Shown here: one piece after another, positions 27,458-38,907 of the stretch
Layout of the letters: every line of letters begins with the position of its first letter
Position numbering within the stretch: the stretch's first letter is position 1
Source: Macrostomum lignano
Lineage: Eukaryota
Length of the DNA stretch: 64,000 bases
Direction of reading: 5' to 3'
NCBI GenBank assembly: GCA_002269645.1
Contig: NIVC01001291.1
Coordinates: 186,001-250,000, forward strand
Notes under the pieces: generated by a model
Databases searched by the model: none
What the model was told of the DNA's origin: nothing
Seen by the model: only the letters and a program-made list of their open reading frames with translations
Position numbers and translations under genes: made by a program

Positions 27458-28810
27458 GTGAGTTCGGCGGAGAGCAGGCCTGGTGGGGACTGAGGAACTG
27501 GGGTCAATACTCATTTTAAAACCTATTTTCTTATGATACTACTGTTGCTTATTCCTACAGTAGTGCAAACTGGGATAAGCGTTTTCAACTATTTTAGGGA
27601 GATTTCTGTTTAAAGAAATTTTGCAATCAATAACTTCTCGGCTATTTTTGGTGCACTGAATCGACTATGGCAAGAATATTAATGAAAAATTTTCAACACA
27701 ATTGGTTCTCAACCGCCTGAGAAGCTTAGTAAATCTTTTCCTTCAAGCCTTGCCGACCGTGCTTGAACCCTAAAGTATAGACCCCCCCCCATGGGATCCG
27801 ACTGTCTGAGTCGCTGTTGCATCTTCCAACTTGCGAAAAAATAGGGAATATTTTCGTCCCTCCAAGGACCGACGGAGCTGGAGAAGGAAGAGAATTTCTG
27901 AGCGCCCGTACAGTTAACTGAATTGCTGCAATAGAAGAGGTTTGATCTATCTCTCCCACTATGGGGCGAGCTGCGATGGCATTTCCCTAGAAACTTTTTC
28001 TCAGCCTTGGTTCCCGTTGCAGCCGACGGGGCAAAAAAAAACTGAGACGGAGAAGGAAGCGACCAAGGACTGCAGATCCTCGCGCACACAAAATTGCATT
28101 GCGATATCCGACAGGGCGGCTGCGCATGCCGCATCCGATGCCGCTGCTTTTTTGGCCCCTCCAAAGTTCCAGTGAGCCCGGAACTGTTTATCAATTCATA
28201 ATCCGCAGCCGCTTCGCTTTCTGCACTGCTTCTTCTACTTATCTTATATTCTTTCTGCTTGGCAATATCTGGGAGTGTGAAGCCCAATGTCTGGATTTCT
28301 CTCTTCAGATTTCTCCATTCCGGATTCCAGGCCAAGAACTCCACGTCTCCCGCATTCATTTCTGTTGAATTCTTGTGGAACACTGAGCTACGGATGCCCA
28401 GTAAGCGCAACAAGTTTCAACCATTTTTCCACTTCCCTAAAAAGTTCCAAGGAACCGACGAAACTTCCTAATCAGCATCGAAGGCTGGCCCAGACGCGGC
28501 CGCCATCAAGCGTGCATAAACTTCCCTCTCTCTCTAGGCCGCAACAACCGGCCTTCACCCGCTCCGCTCCCCTCATTCAGTTTCGTTAGCAAACTCGTCT
28601 TTCTCCCCAATAATAATCTCGACCCCTGATCCCCATGCTCTTTCTCTTCTCCGCCCGCCGAATCCCCGGCCGGCCAAGCTGCTCCTCCCCTCCAAATCTC
28701 CCCGATCGCTGCGACAGACATAAAAGTAGCAGCAGGATGCGCGGCTTGGCCAGCTTTCCCTCCGACCGGCCGCCCGCCCGCCTGTCCGCTCGCTGCCTGG
28801 GCTGCCTGCC

Positions 28811-28951
28811 ATGCAGCTGGACCCGCGCAGAGCAGGCGGCATCAACAGCGGCTACGGGTTCTTGGCCGCCATTGGCGAGCTGTGGCTCGGACCGGCCGAC
28901 ATGCTCGGACTGAGCAGCGTGCGATGGATCTACGCGCCGGAGCAGAGCCAG
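28811..28951 (+). CDS. candidate alternative first (or cassette) exon of the SCHIP1-like gene
   Basis: GC3-rich frame MQLDPRRAGG...VRWIYAPEQSQ ending at a phase-0 donor CAG|GTAGGC, compatible with the phase-0 acceptor at 31081. Confidence 0.35.
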
Positions 28952-29061
28952 GTAGGCCAACCAAGCCGCGGCGTTGACAGGTGTCTGCTCAGCGACGACA
29001 GCGACTCGAGAACGAGCTCTGATTAAACATTGCTGACGAAAGTTGATTACAAAATCGGCTG

Positions 29062-29397
29062 TCATTAGGCTGGGCAACTCAAGCCACATTGAAGAGCCCC
29101 CAAAGCGTGCCTACTGGTCATTAGGCTGGGCAACTCAAGCCGCATTGAAGAGCCCCCAAAGCGTGCCTACTGGTCATTAGGCTGGGCAACTCAAGCCGCA
29201 TTGAAGAGCCCCCAAAGCGTGCCTACTGTTCATTAGGCTGGGCAACTCAAGCCGCATTGAAGAGCCCCCAAAGCGTGCCTACTGGTCATTAGGCTGGGCA
29301 ACTCAAGCCGCATTGAAGAGCCCCCAAAGCGTGCCTACTGGTCATTAGGCTGGGCAACTCAAGCCGCATTGAAGAGCCCCCAAAGCGTGCCTACTGT
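29062..29397. repeat. 56-bp tandem repeat, 6 near-identical copies (intronic)
   Basis: Units start at 29062, 29118, 29174, 29230, 29286 and 29342. Confidence 0.95.
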
Positions 29398-31080
29398 ATG
29401 CGCGAGTGCGTGACTGCGTACTCGTCCGCGTGCACCCGCATGCTCGGGGGTGGCGGAATGGGCAAAACCCCTTGCTTCTATTCTGGCTGCGGATCGACTG
29501 TCGTTTTGAAGTGCGTCGAAGAGTATAATTTAAAGACAAGAGACAAGAATTACAGAGCTCTTGAGGAGAGAAAAATTATGCGAAAATTGCCCGGCTGAGC
29601 GAAGGAATTATAATTTTTCTTGTCGGCTGTTCTCGGAAACAACTTTTTGCATCTCATATCAAATATTGTTGAAGTGAGGTTAGGATCCGGGGCATAAAAG
29701 TATAACAGATATTTGCACAAAAGGGTGCACCCTGGCGCAACACCTTCAGTGACATGGTCACACAACCAGCGATGCGGCAATTCTTTCGACTGCGACGACT
29801 TTCCAATCGTCAGTCATGTACATTTTCTGTGCCTCGGGGGTTGGCCCTCATGGTAGTGTGAATCGCACGATAACGTCCAGCTCGGTACTTCTAACAAGGC
29901 TCAGGTCAGTTTCCGCGTATCGAGCGTATCGAAACTTAGACGCCTGCTGTAGCACTTGGCTCTACAAAAAATTCCTGTCACAGCCTCTGACTACTCAGAA
30001 TGCAAAGTGCCGTCTGTCAGGATCGATTGATCGTCACTAAAGACGATTTTTATGAGTCGCGATGAAGTTGGATGAAGCACGGACGCTTGGATCGGGCGAG
30101 GAAGGGAAGCTGGCGTATAAAGATGAAGGAGAGAGGACCGGGAGTGAGCGGCTGTCTTGAACAAAGCTACCATCGTCAAGTTGAAGTGCCATTTGCTATA
30201 CCCAACTGGCGTGACGGATGGAGCAGCAATGAAGAACTCTTCACTCAGCTTAGGAGAAGTCCTGAGAAGCAGCCGCGCATCCCACTCTGCCACTACGAGC
30301 TACCAGTCTTCTCCCTCGTCTGCCTTCTCTTTAAATCTCTCAACTCAAGTTAATTCAAGCACGAGGGCTCATTTTATTTGCTCTGGAAGTTTGTGTGTGT
30401 TTTTCAGTAAAATAGAATAGCAGCAAAAGTGTTCCTGAATCCTCACTGAGCTTCAAGGAAAGAAAAGAACTGAGAATCGGGACCGCCTGAACGCTAATGA
30501 GTGAAAAGTCAAGTCAAGCCTAGCTAAGCCAAGCTGGCGTGAAAAAGTAGTCTGCTTGAAGCTCATTTTGGCTCCTCCGTTCCTCTGTTAATTACGCAGC
30601 TCTTTCGCTTTTTGCGAAGTAAATTTCATTTGCTTCATCAACGCCTTTTCGGCCTGTGATAATTTTCAACCATGCAGATCTCCCATCCTAGTTTAATATT
30701 GCAATGACGGTTCTGCATGAATTCTTGACATAAAATCGACCAAAATTTTCTAAAATTTTATTTCAATCGATTCGAAAAAAGTCAGAAAGAGTCTGTTTGG
30801 TTCATGTACTTTAACGCACACAAAAACGATGGCGTGAAATTGACAAAAGAGAAGATGATCGAGAGCTTAGACCCAAGAAGCTAAATATGGCAGACGCTGT
30901 GTACATCAATGTACGCAAAACAAGGGGGCAGGGTGTAAATTGGGGGGTTGGTTTGGAAAGAAGGGCCTAGGGGGACGACAGATTGACTGCTTTATGTACA
31001 TTCAGTGTACGGTGTGGGAGAGAGGGAGAGAGAAGTCTGTACAATGAATTCAAAAGCAATTAACCCACCCCATAACCCAG

Positions 31081-31479
31081 ACTGCCGGCCTCTCGGAGCG
31101 GGAACGCGTGCTGCAGGCACTGAGCATGTCAGTCGAAGATGACGATGTGGACAGCGGCTTGGCTTCAACTTCGGCGGCCGTAGCCGGTTGCTTTGGCAAC
31201 GGCGGTCCCGGCTGCGTCGGCCTGTCCTCGTCAACGGCCACCACCGCGTCATCATCGGCCACGGCAACCATGGCGGGCTCCGGCCTGGCGCTGGCACCGG
31301 CGCAGTCGAACGGCATGGAGATGTGCTTCCGCAACGACGCCGCCTCGGACTCGGACTGCTCGGAGGAGGCCGCCAGCCCGGCCGACGGGCCAGACGGTGT
31401 TGAAAATCATGGCGCAGCGATTGACAGCGAGCAGAGCTTCAGGCCGCAGCAAAAAAGGCGGCGAGCACAGGTGTCGCAG
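31081..31479 (+). CDS. SCHIP1: SCHIP1-like exon (ERE..L.M and GMEMCFRND motifs)
   Basis: Acceptor ccataacccag|31081. LSERERVLQALSM resembles NERESIRQKLAL and SNGMEMCFRNDAASDSD resembles SGMNLQICFVNDSGSD. Phase-0 donors at 31470 or 31479. Confidence 0.75.
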
Positions 31480-31590
31480 GTGAAGAAACCATTCGCAGTA
31501 GAACTGGGTTAAGTAATCACAAGCATAGGCTTATCCCATAGATTAGTCAAACCTGCTGGAAGAGTAAGCATCGTTAAAACGGAGTTTTTC

Positions 31591-31604
31591 GTTGCCATGG
31601 TAAC
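31591..31604. promoter_or_regulatory. consensus RFX X-box in a SCHIP1 intron
   Basis: GTTGCCATGGTAAC, a full 14-bp consensus match. Confidence 0.55.
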
Positions 31605-31709
31605 CTAAATTTTTTAATTATTGTTGAAAACACTCTGGAAGTTTAACAACAGAACTTGAGGTTAAATAACCATGCTAACAACTCAACTCACTTTGAAATC
31701 CCCCATAAG

Positions 31710-31895
31710 GCTGCTGCTCCCATGCAGCTTTGCTTCATCAGCGATCTCACCAGCGACGAAGAGGACGGCGACTGCGCCACTGCCGACGGAGCCCGCCAAG
31801 ACGACGCGGCCGACACCGATGATTCAACAGCCGCCAGCGCCAATTCGTCCACGCTGGTCTCCGACTCCGGAATCTGCGATGCCTACAAATCCGAG
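31710..31895 (+). CDS. SCHIP1: SCHIP1-like exon (MQLCFISD motif, acidic)
   Basis: Acceptor cccataag|31710, donor GAG|GTGAGA. 186 nt, phase 0/0. Confidence 0.75.
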
Positions 31896-32041
31896 GTGAG
31901 AGATGGAGAACTCGCATCCTTGCGGGATGCTGTCATCATATTTGATTCTTAGAAAGTCTTCCTTGAGTCTTAGAAAGTCTTTTACGATTTTATTAGAAGT
32001 TTTATGATCATTAGATAAGCCTCAAAGTCTGAATCCGACAG

Positions 32042-32275
32042 CTTCAGCCGCTGAACCCATCGGGAGCATCGGACAGTCAAATTACTGGCGTATCTACCGC
32101 CGCAGCTACCAGTTGCTGCAGTACCAGCAGCCTGTCCGGTTCTGCATCCGGTTCCGCATCTGCTGTTACCGCTGGCGCCGCCGCTTCGGCCGGCACCTGC
32201 TGCTCGGAAGCCAGCGATGGCCTGCTGACTCGGCAGGCGCAACTGCAGGCCGAAGCTCAGCTGGCCCTGGCACAA
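32042..32275 (+). CDS. SCHIP1: SCHIP1-like exon ending LLTRQAQLQAEAQLALAQ
   Basis: Acceptor ccgacag|32042, donor CAA|GTGAGT. 234 nt, phase 0/0. Resembles FLTRQKKLQAEAKMALAM of SCHIP1. Confidence 0.85.
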
Positions 32276-32390
32276 GTGAGTTCTCTTCTGTCCTTAAAAA
32301 TCCAAGATTAATTTATGGTGTACCAGACAGCCGGGTCCCATCGTAGAAAGTTCAATTCGCTACTCTTGACTTGCATCTCACTTTCTCTTC

Positions 32391-32815
32391 ACCACCTCAC
32401 TTCGCACACACACCTCACTCCTCACCCCCACCTCACTCCGCACACCCACCTCACTCCACACGCCCACCTCACTCCGCACACCCACCTCACTCCTCACGCC
32501 CACCTCACTCCACACGCCCACCTCACTCCGCACACCCACCTCACTCCACACGCCCACCTCACTCCGCACACGCACCTCACTCCGCACACCCACCTCACTC
32601 CACACGCCCACCTCACTCTACACACCCACCTCACTCCGCACACCCACCTCACTCCACACGCCCACCTCACTCTACACACCCACCTCACTCCGCACACCCA
32701 CCTCACTCCACACGCCCACCTCACTCCGCACACCCACCTCACTCCTTACGCCCACCTCATTCCACACACCCACCTCACTCCGCACACCTACCTCACTCCA
32801 CACACCCACCTCACT
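32391..32815. repeat. 18-bp minisatellite (ccacctcactccgcacac), intronic
   Basis: About 23 tandem copies between two SCHIP1 exons. Confidence 0.92.
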
Positions 32816-32859
32816 AAGCTCCAATATGCAACCTAACAAACCAACCAACCGACCTCCAG

Positions 32860-33052
32860 GCCCGACCAATGGCCCGCATGCAGCTGGAGGTGGAACGCCA
32901 CGAGCAGCGCAGCCGCGCCAGCCGCGATCTCGTTGCCGAGTTGATGGGCGTCAGCCCAGCCGCAGCACGCCGTTTCCACCGGGCCCACCTGCAGCAGCTG
33001 AGCCTCGGGGCCCTGCAAGTCATTCACAATGACCTGCTGTGCCGCATTGAGA
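32860..33052 (+). CDS. SCHIP1: SCHIP1 coiled-coil exon (ARPMARMQLEVE...LQVIHNDLLCRIE)
   Basis: Acceptor cctccag|32860, phase-1 donor A|GTGAGT. Resembles AKPMAKMQVEVE...QLQVIVNDLHSQIE. Confidence 0.9.
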
Positions 33053-34488
33053 GTGAGTGTATACACACCTAGTTTCTTCCTCGCAGATTAGCCCGAACTA
33101 TTCGAGCTACATTGCTATTCAGCGCCATTTTGGACAGCTCATTAGGCCCCTCCCATCGGTAGCTTGAGGCGACTTGTCCCGTCCTGTTTTAGGCTGTAAA
33201 ACAGCACCTGCACATCAGTTTTAACGAGCGCACCTGCTATTGCTTATTATCATCCGTTATTATTATGACTATATAGATGGTGAGCGTAGGAAAAATATAA
33301 CGAAAAGCGCCAGCCAGCAATGGCAGTAAAGATCGACTGGGCCATCATAAAGCTTCGCTGGTGGGCTGGTGTAGAGTCCTCATTCTGACCATATAAGCGG
33401 CCGCTAGCGAGCTGCACTATTTCCTAGAATTCCAGGGGGGGAGAAGAGGGTCGCGCCGCATCGTCGAGACTGCGGCCCAGAAGATAATGACGTCCGACTT
33501 TTAGCAGCTGCTCCTGCATCGCCTCGGCCAGAAAGTTTGTCCCGTCCCGTCCCGTTCGACATCGAAAGGAATCGATCGGGGTCCCCTATTTCCCATGCCG
33601 TGGAACTGGCATATGGAATTGGCCATGATATTCTGCAGTATGGAGAGATTTGGGAGGCCCAGTAGCTGCGCAAGCGTCCGTGGGCGTTCGGGTATTCGGC
33701 TGCCCGGAACGTAGAGAATCACTGCAGAGAAAGTGAAAACGGGAAGCCTCCATCGGCCTTTCCCCCAGTCTGCCAGGATGCAGTAATGCACAAAAGTGTA
33801 TACAGTTCTATTTGGCGAATATGGGAGCAGTATAGTGGGAACTATAATGGGGGAAATACGGGTAATTCTTCAGGGCAAGGAAAAATATGTTGGGAAGAAA
33901 ATGAAGCATTGGCGCTGTCCGTCTGCCCGGCTGCGTGTGTGTTTTCTCTCCATTTTGGCCTTCAACGGGACCCGTGGCGAGCCGTCTTGAATTCCGGGCA
34001 GCCCTCGGGCCTCGGGACCAAAACACTCGCCGCCGTCATCCATTATCTGCGCCCGCCTGAAGCCCCGCGAGCCTCTCCAAAGGCGAAGGCGAGGCTTCGC
34101 GCGCGCGTCTTTCCGCTGTTCGCTCTCCCCCTTTTTCGCCTCTTAGCCTCGAATTTTTGGACCTCCAGCACAGCCTCCAGGCTTAAAGCATTGCTTTGCT
34201 GCATCTGACAGCTCCAGAGGCTGAAAGAGAGCCTCTATAGGAGCGACTCTATAGAGATGATCCATTAGTGGCTGGCATTCATTTTCTCAGCGAAAGAAAA
34301 TTAGGCCAGAATAGGACATCGGTCACTTCGCTAGCTTAACCAGACGATGGACGCACAAACAAAGCGAGAGCCTTTATCGCTTTTATCTTTCGGGGATTTT
34401 GGCCACTAAGACCTAACAAGCTAATTTAAACAAATCGGTTCACTAAATAAACAAACGCTTCAAACCCGCCTCTCACCCATTCGCGCAG

Positions 34489-34582
34489 CGCACAACGAGG
34501 ACCTGGTTAAAAGCCTAATTGAACGGGACGATCTGCACATGGAGCAGGACTCTATGCTGGTGGAGGTTGAAGATCTCACCAG
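34489..34582 (+). CDS. SCHIP1: SCHIP1 coiled-coil exon (HNEDLVKSLIERDDLHMEQDSMLVEVEDLTR)
   Basis: Acceptor ttcgcgcag|34489, phase-2 donor AG|GTAGGT. Resembles [31 protein letters not shown]. Phases fit both neighbouring exons. Confidence 0.9.
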
Positions 34583-35442
34583 GTAGGTTTCTGCAACATC
34601 CGATTTTTTGTTGGAGGCAGAAGGGCTGTGTCCATTATTGCCCCTTCCACCGACTCCCCTGAGCAGGAAGTACACAAGCGCGCGGATACGTACGCAGTCA
34701 TACGCCCATTGAAAACGATACCGTGACAAAAAATCACTAAAAAGTCGTTGCAAACAGCTGACTAGTGACTCTAGGGACTCTGGGTCGACTTTCGGGACAG
34801 GAGAGTGTACAGCGGGCTTAACTTTATTTATCGTTAGACTTGTACACTTCACTGGACCTTGGAGGTTGGCCCTCAAGGGCGTTAATTGCACGAGCAGAGC
34901 CAAGCCGAGATTCCAATTTAGCCCCAAATTAATTTGGCTACACTTGGAATCGAGCCTGGGCTTGCGCTAGACCACTAGGCTACGGGCCTCCCCTGTAACA
35001 TCAAATTTCTGAGAAGCTGTTATGCACCTAAATGTAGCTTTTGAGTGCAATGCATTCTCTATTCACTCGTGCGCACTTCCTTTGAAGTTTTGATTTACAA
35101 TCCAAATGGTTTACGGGGGGGCGGCCCCAGGCTGCTTAACATGTAATTCCGGAATTCCAATTCATCCCGGACCACTTCGGAAGTGATCTGCACAGGAAAG
35201 AGTTGCAGCCGGGGGTGGGTCCAGAATGACAGCATTGGGCCGGCTGCAATTTGCCCAATAAAATATCTAATAGGGCTTGATGCAGCTGCGTAGACTGGAA
35301 GGCTGCAGATTTCAACTGGCAGTTCAGCGCAAAGGTCGAATGCGTATTTCTCTTTTAATCTGGGGTCAAATCAAGCTGAGGTCATCAAACTGAGGGCTTC
35401 CATACTGCACCGTTCTTGAATCCAAGCACGCATTGATTCCAG

Positions 35443-35638
35443 GCGCGCTCAAGAGGTTGCCAATCGACTTCAGGAGGCACCAAAGCAGCAACAGTCGGCG
35501 GCGGGTGCCGCAGCATCGGCTGCAAAGTCGACGGCTGCCGCGGCAACCTCTCCGGTGCGCAGAAAGATGTCTTCGTTGACGTCGCGGCTGAAGCCAAACA
35601 AGCTGGTGTCGCTGTTCACCGGAGGCGGCGGCAACTGA
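35443..35638 (+). CDS. SCHIP1: terminal exon of the SCHIP1-like gene
   Basis: Acceptor tgattccag|35443 completes the AGG codon. Reads RRAQEVANRLQE...LFTGGGGN-stop (TGA 35636-35638). Confidence 0.7.
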
Positions 35639-36572
35639 GCTGAGCACCTGGTTTACTGGCTTCCTTCGCTTCCTTCGTCACACGGTCATCCTTGCCTAGC
35701 TTTGCCTCGGATCAGCGCGCCCCGACCAAGGCGCGATCGGATTTGTACAGAAGCTCATGATAAGCGCCGTTCTGCATTTTCTCACCTCGCTTGCTCTTAA
35801 GAAACAAAAACATCGATTTAATTGAAGGATCGACTGAGCTTAACATTTATAATGAGATTAATAATATATGCCTGTCATGCGCTTAGCATACTACTTACTA
35901 TTCATAGAGTTTTCCCGTATAAAAAAATTTGTTCGTTTCCTCATTGCAGCCGAGCTAGTTTCGCCCTCCCTTCTCCGTTGTTGCTAGAAAAATATGGCAC
36001 AAGCCAGTAATAAATTATCCTAACCAACTAAAAATGTATTAATCCGCTTTCACCGCCTAAACAGTATTTACCGTAATTTCTGCTTGAGACTTGTAGCTTT
36101 ACTTACGTAAGCTTGACGCATTTTTTATTGCGCTTAAAAACGCATACTCACTGGCGAAACCCCGACATGAAAGTTGAAGCTATAAAAGTAAATTGCAACC
36201 CCCGGACTACCAGAACCTCACGAGTCTAAAACTTGTTCTGAGTTTAACATCAGGTACTTCGTTATTAACTATATAGCACTGGGCCAAAAGTACTCCAGGC
36301 CACCAGGTTGTTCACGCGGGCAAACAGTAATATGAAATTAACAATCAGCTCTGGGTGAAACAGTAAACTCACAGATTAAACAAAATATCGGCCATTTACT
36401 GTTTATTTTAGATTTCCAATAGCTAAAGGGCAAGGAGAGCACTTCAAACACTGTATCCGATTCGTCTATTGCCGATTCCCTATTAGGCCCCTTGTAAAAT
36501 CGTTATCGAAATCCCCACAAAATCCTAGTAAGGAAATGGGACAAGCACGCAGGCGCAGATTAATCAATGCTT

Positions 36573-36586
36573 GTTGCCATGGCGAT
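36573..36586. promoter_or_regulatory. RFX X-box upstream of the first TRPV-like gene
   Basis: GTTGCCATGGCGAT, ~320 bp before ATG 36902. A plausible 50-nt 5'UTR intron (GTGAGC at 36785 to ttcttcAG at 36834) lies between them. Confidence 0.55.
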
Positions 36587-36901
36587 CGAAAGTTGACTAC
36601 AGCCTCGAAGCGTCCCCCGCAGCGGGACAAGAACAGCATGTTTGCTCACGAGCTGCGGAGATCGGCACAGGGCCCGGGCAGAATTATTCAAAATAGGAGG
36701 CACGCGGTTAGAGAGCGCCCACTCAGCGAATCCTCCAACAACACTGTTCCATAGGGATAGGAAGACTGAATCAGCAATTGCTCCGTGAGCACTTCTGTCA
36801 TATATTAGGTATAGTTGGTATAGTTATTCTTCAGGAGACAGACTGCAGCTCGTCTTCTGACGCAGCAGCTAAAAAGTTCAAGATATAGCCGTCAATCATT
36901 T

Positions 36902-38815
36902 ATGCTTTCTAACACACGAAGCATGGAATCGGCAGAAGCGGCGCTGGCTGCTCTGGTCGATGACGACCCTGACGCCTTCATGCGAGCTTTGAAGCCGGAC
37001 CTGTCGGGAAGGCTCGCCCAGCCTCTGGTCGACGTGACCGAAAGCCACGAGATCCGGTGTCGCTTGCCGAGAAGTCGCCGAAAGTGGGGCTTCGTCAGTC
37101 TGCAGTTCGGATACGCGATCCACCTGGCGATTCTGCTGCAGTCCGTGCGAGTGTTCGAGGCTCTGTTGGAAGACAGCTCCGAGCACGCGGCTCAGCTCGA
37201 GCTCGACGGCAGCACCGTTGTACACAGTCTGGCTCGCTGCCAGATGTACGCGCCGAGGTTCAAGCGAGCCAAGCGTCTGGAGACGGCGCTCCTCTCGACG
37301 CTGAGTAGAGAGCCTCGTCTGCTAGACAGGCTGGTCACTCAGGAGGACTCGAGCGGTCTCCGACCTCTGGAGGCGTGCGTGAAGTTCGCTGCATTCCGAC
37401 TGGCCCGCAAGATGTTGCACCTGCCGAACTACCTGTTGAAATCGGAGACTCGATCCGGCGGCTGGGCCGTCTGTCTCTACGACCTCACCGACTACGACCT
37501 GTGTCACGGGAGCCGGTGCAACTCGAGTCCTCTGCACCTGCTCACCTATGTAGCGTCGAGTCAGGTCGAGTCGCTCAAGAAGTCCAAGCTGATGGAGGAC
37601 CCTCTCATCCGACAGTGGCTTCGGTTGACTAACCGTCAGACTCGAGCGATCACATTTCTGAGGCTGCTGGTGATGAGCGTTCCAACATCGGTATTTCTTC
37701 TTACAGCCGTGAACGAATCAATCATGCTGACGGTGGCCTGTTTTGGCAACCTCATTCACTGCAACCGAGCAACATTTTCTGCTGCAAAATCATTAGGATA
37801 CAATGCGAGCGTTTTGAGCAATTTAACCATTTATTTTACGTTCTTTTATCAGCAAAAAATAAAGTCAAAAAGCTGTGCAGAATTTCTTCAATCCATCGAC
37901 ATAAACTTTCTGGTGATTAGTCTCGTGACTGCCTTCATGTGCGTCACTGCGGCTCTGAAGACTGGATTCTCTGCGCTTGAACACGAAAATAAGAAAAAAA
38001 TATTGACTGCGGACAACTGGTCGCTGCTTGACAGATTTGTTCGACGGGCCATCTTTGATTTTTATCACTTTGTTGCAATCGCGAGTGGCATCTGCTTTCT
38101 AGTTGTCGCGACGTTCCTGAGGTCCGATAATTTCTATGAAAATTTGTATCCAAGCGACCAGAGCAACGGTAGAGCTGTGGAGCAACTGTTCATTGGGTCC
38201 AACACTCTCTTCATCGCGTTCACGCTGCTACACTTTGCGCAGTACATGGAGATCGTGACGAAGTCGGTCGGGAAGCTCTTCTTCACCTTCCACTGCATGC
38301 TGTCCAGCTTCCTGGCCGCGCTGCCGCTGCTGTTCTACTGGATCATTCTCTTCAGCCTGGACTTCTTCATCTTGGTTGACTCGCCCGACTTCGAGACCGG
38401 CCTGTTGTCGCTCTACTCGTCGGTCAAGGTCATCCTCAACATGATCACCTTCAGCTTGGACAGCGTGATGGTTCTCATCATCCACGTGCTGTTCTTCGTG
38501 TTTGTGGGCCTCAACCTGCTGAACTTTCTCATCGCGTTCGTCACGGAGACGTTCCAGCGGTGCATCAGTGACTTCGATGTGGCCTTCGACCTGCTGCGAC
38601 TTCTGACAGCGTTGAAGACGTTTCGGTACTTCGGGTTCGTGTTTCGGTGCAAGCACTGGCTCGAGGTGAGGTCTCACGGCAGCTGTAGACGGCGGGTTAT
38701 CGTTGAGGTTGTTCAACCGGTGTTCAAGAGGCTGTACTCGAAAAGTGAATTCAAGCGGAAGCAGCAAAATTTTAGATCCTGTAGTCGAGAAATGGAATCT
38801 TTGCCGGATATTTAA
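36902..38815 (+). CDS. TRPV5/6-like cation channel, copy 1 (type A), intact 637 aa, intronless CDS
   Basis: Degenerate ankyrin repeats (GYAIHLAI, DGSTVVHSL, SGLRPLEAC), YDLTDYD linker (cf. YDLTEID), six hydrophobic segments, pore helix FETGLLSLYSSVKVILNMITF, S6/TRP region LNLLNFLIAFVTETFQR. Confidence 0.85.
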   Translation: MLSNTRSMESAEAALAALVDDDPDAFMRALKPDLSGRLAQPLVDVTESHEIRCRLPRSRRKWGFVSLQFGYAIHLAILLQSVRVFEALLEDSSEHAAQLELDGSTVVHSLARCQMYAPRFKRAKRLETALLSTLSREPRLLDRLVTQEDSSGLRPLEACVKFAAFRLARKMLHLPNYLLKSETRSGGWAVCLYDLTDYDLCHGSRCNSSPLHLLTYVASSQVESLKKSKLMEDPLIRQWLRLTNRQTRAITFLRLLVMSVPTSVFLLTAVNESIMLTVACFGNLIHCNRATFSAAKSLGYNASVLSNLTIYFTFFYQQKIKSKSCAEFLQSIDINFLVISLVTAFMCVTAALKTGFSALEHENKKKILTADNWSLLDRFVRRAIFDFYHFVAIASGICFLVVATFLRSDNFYENLYPSDQSNGRAVEQLFIGSNTLFIAFTLLHFAQYMEIVTKSVGKLFFTFHCMLSSFLAALPLLFYWIILFSLDFFILVDSPDFETGLLSLYSSVKVILNMITFSLDSVMVLIIHVLFFVFVGLNLLNFLIAFVTETFQRCISDFDVAFDLLRLLTALKTFRYFGFVFRCKHWLEVRSHGSCRRRVIVEVVQPVFKRLYSKSEFKRKQQNFRSCSREMESLPDI

Positions 38816-38907
38816 TGCATTCTTTTAGAGATTTTCGACGACTTTCTGAACGTTGTGCCCGTGCGCTTGCCCTGCCAAAGTGCACTCTGCTCCGTATTTG
38901 TTTTTGG

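Noticed and set aside
27709-28413. 234-aa minus-strand ORF in the SCHIP1 intron, and similar 100-170-aa ORFs at 20-21.6, 30.0-30.4 and 33.4-34.9 kb
   Set aside because: No recognisable domain, splice pattern or codon bias. Probably chance ORFs or unrecognisable TE debris.
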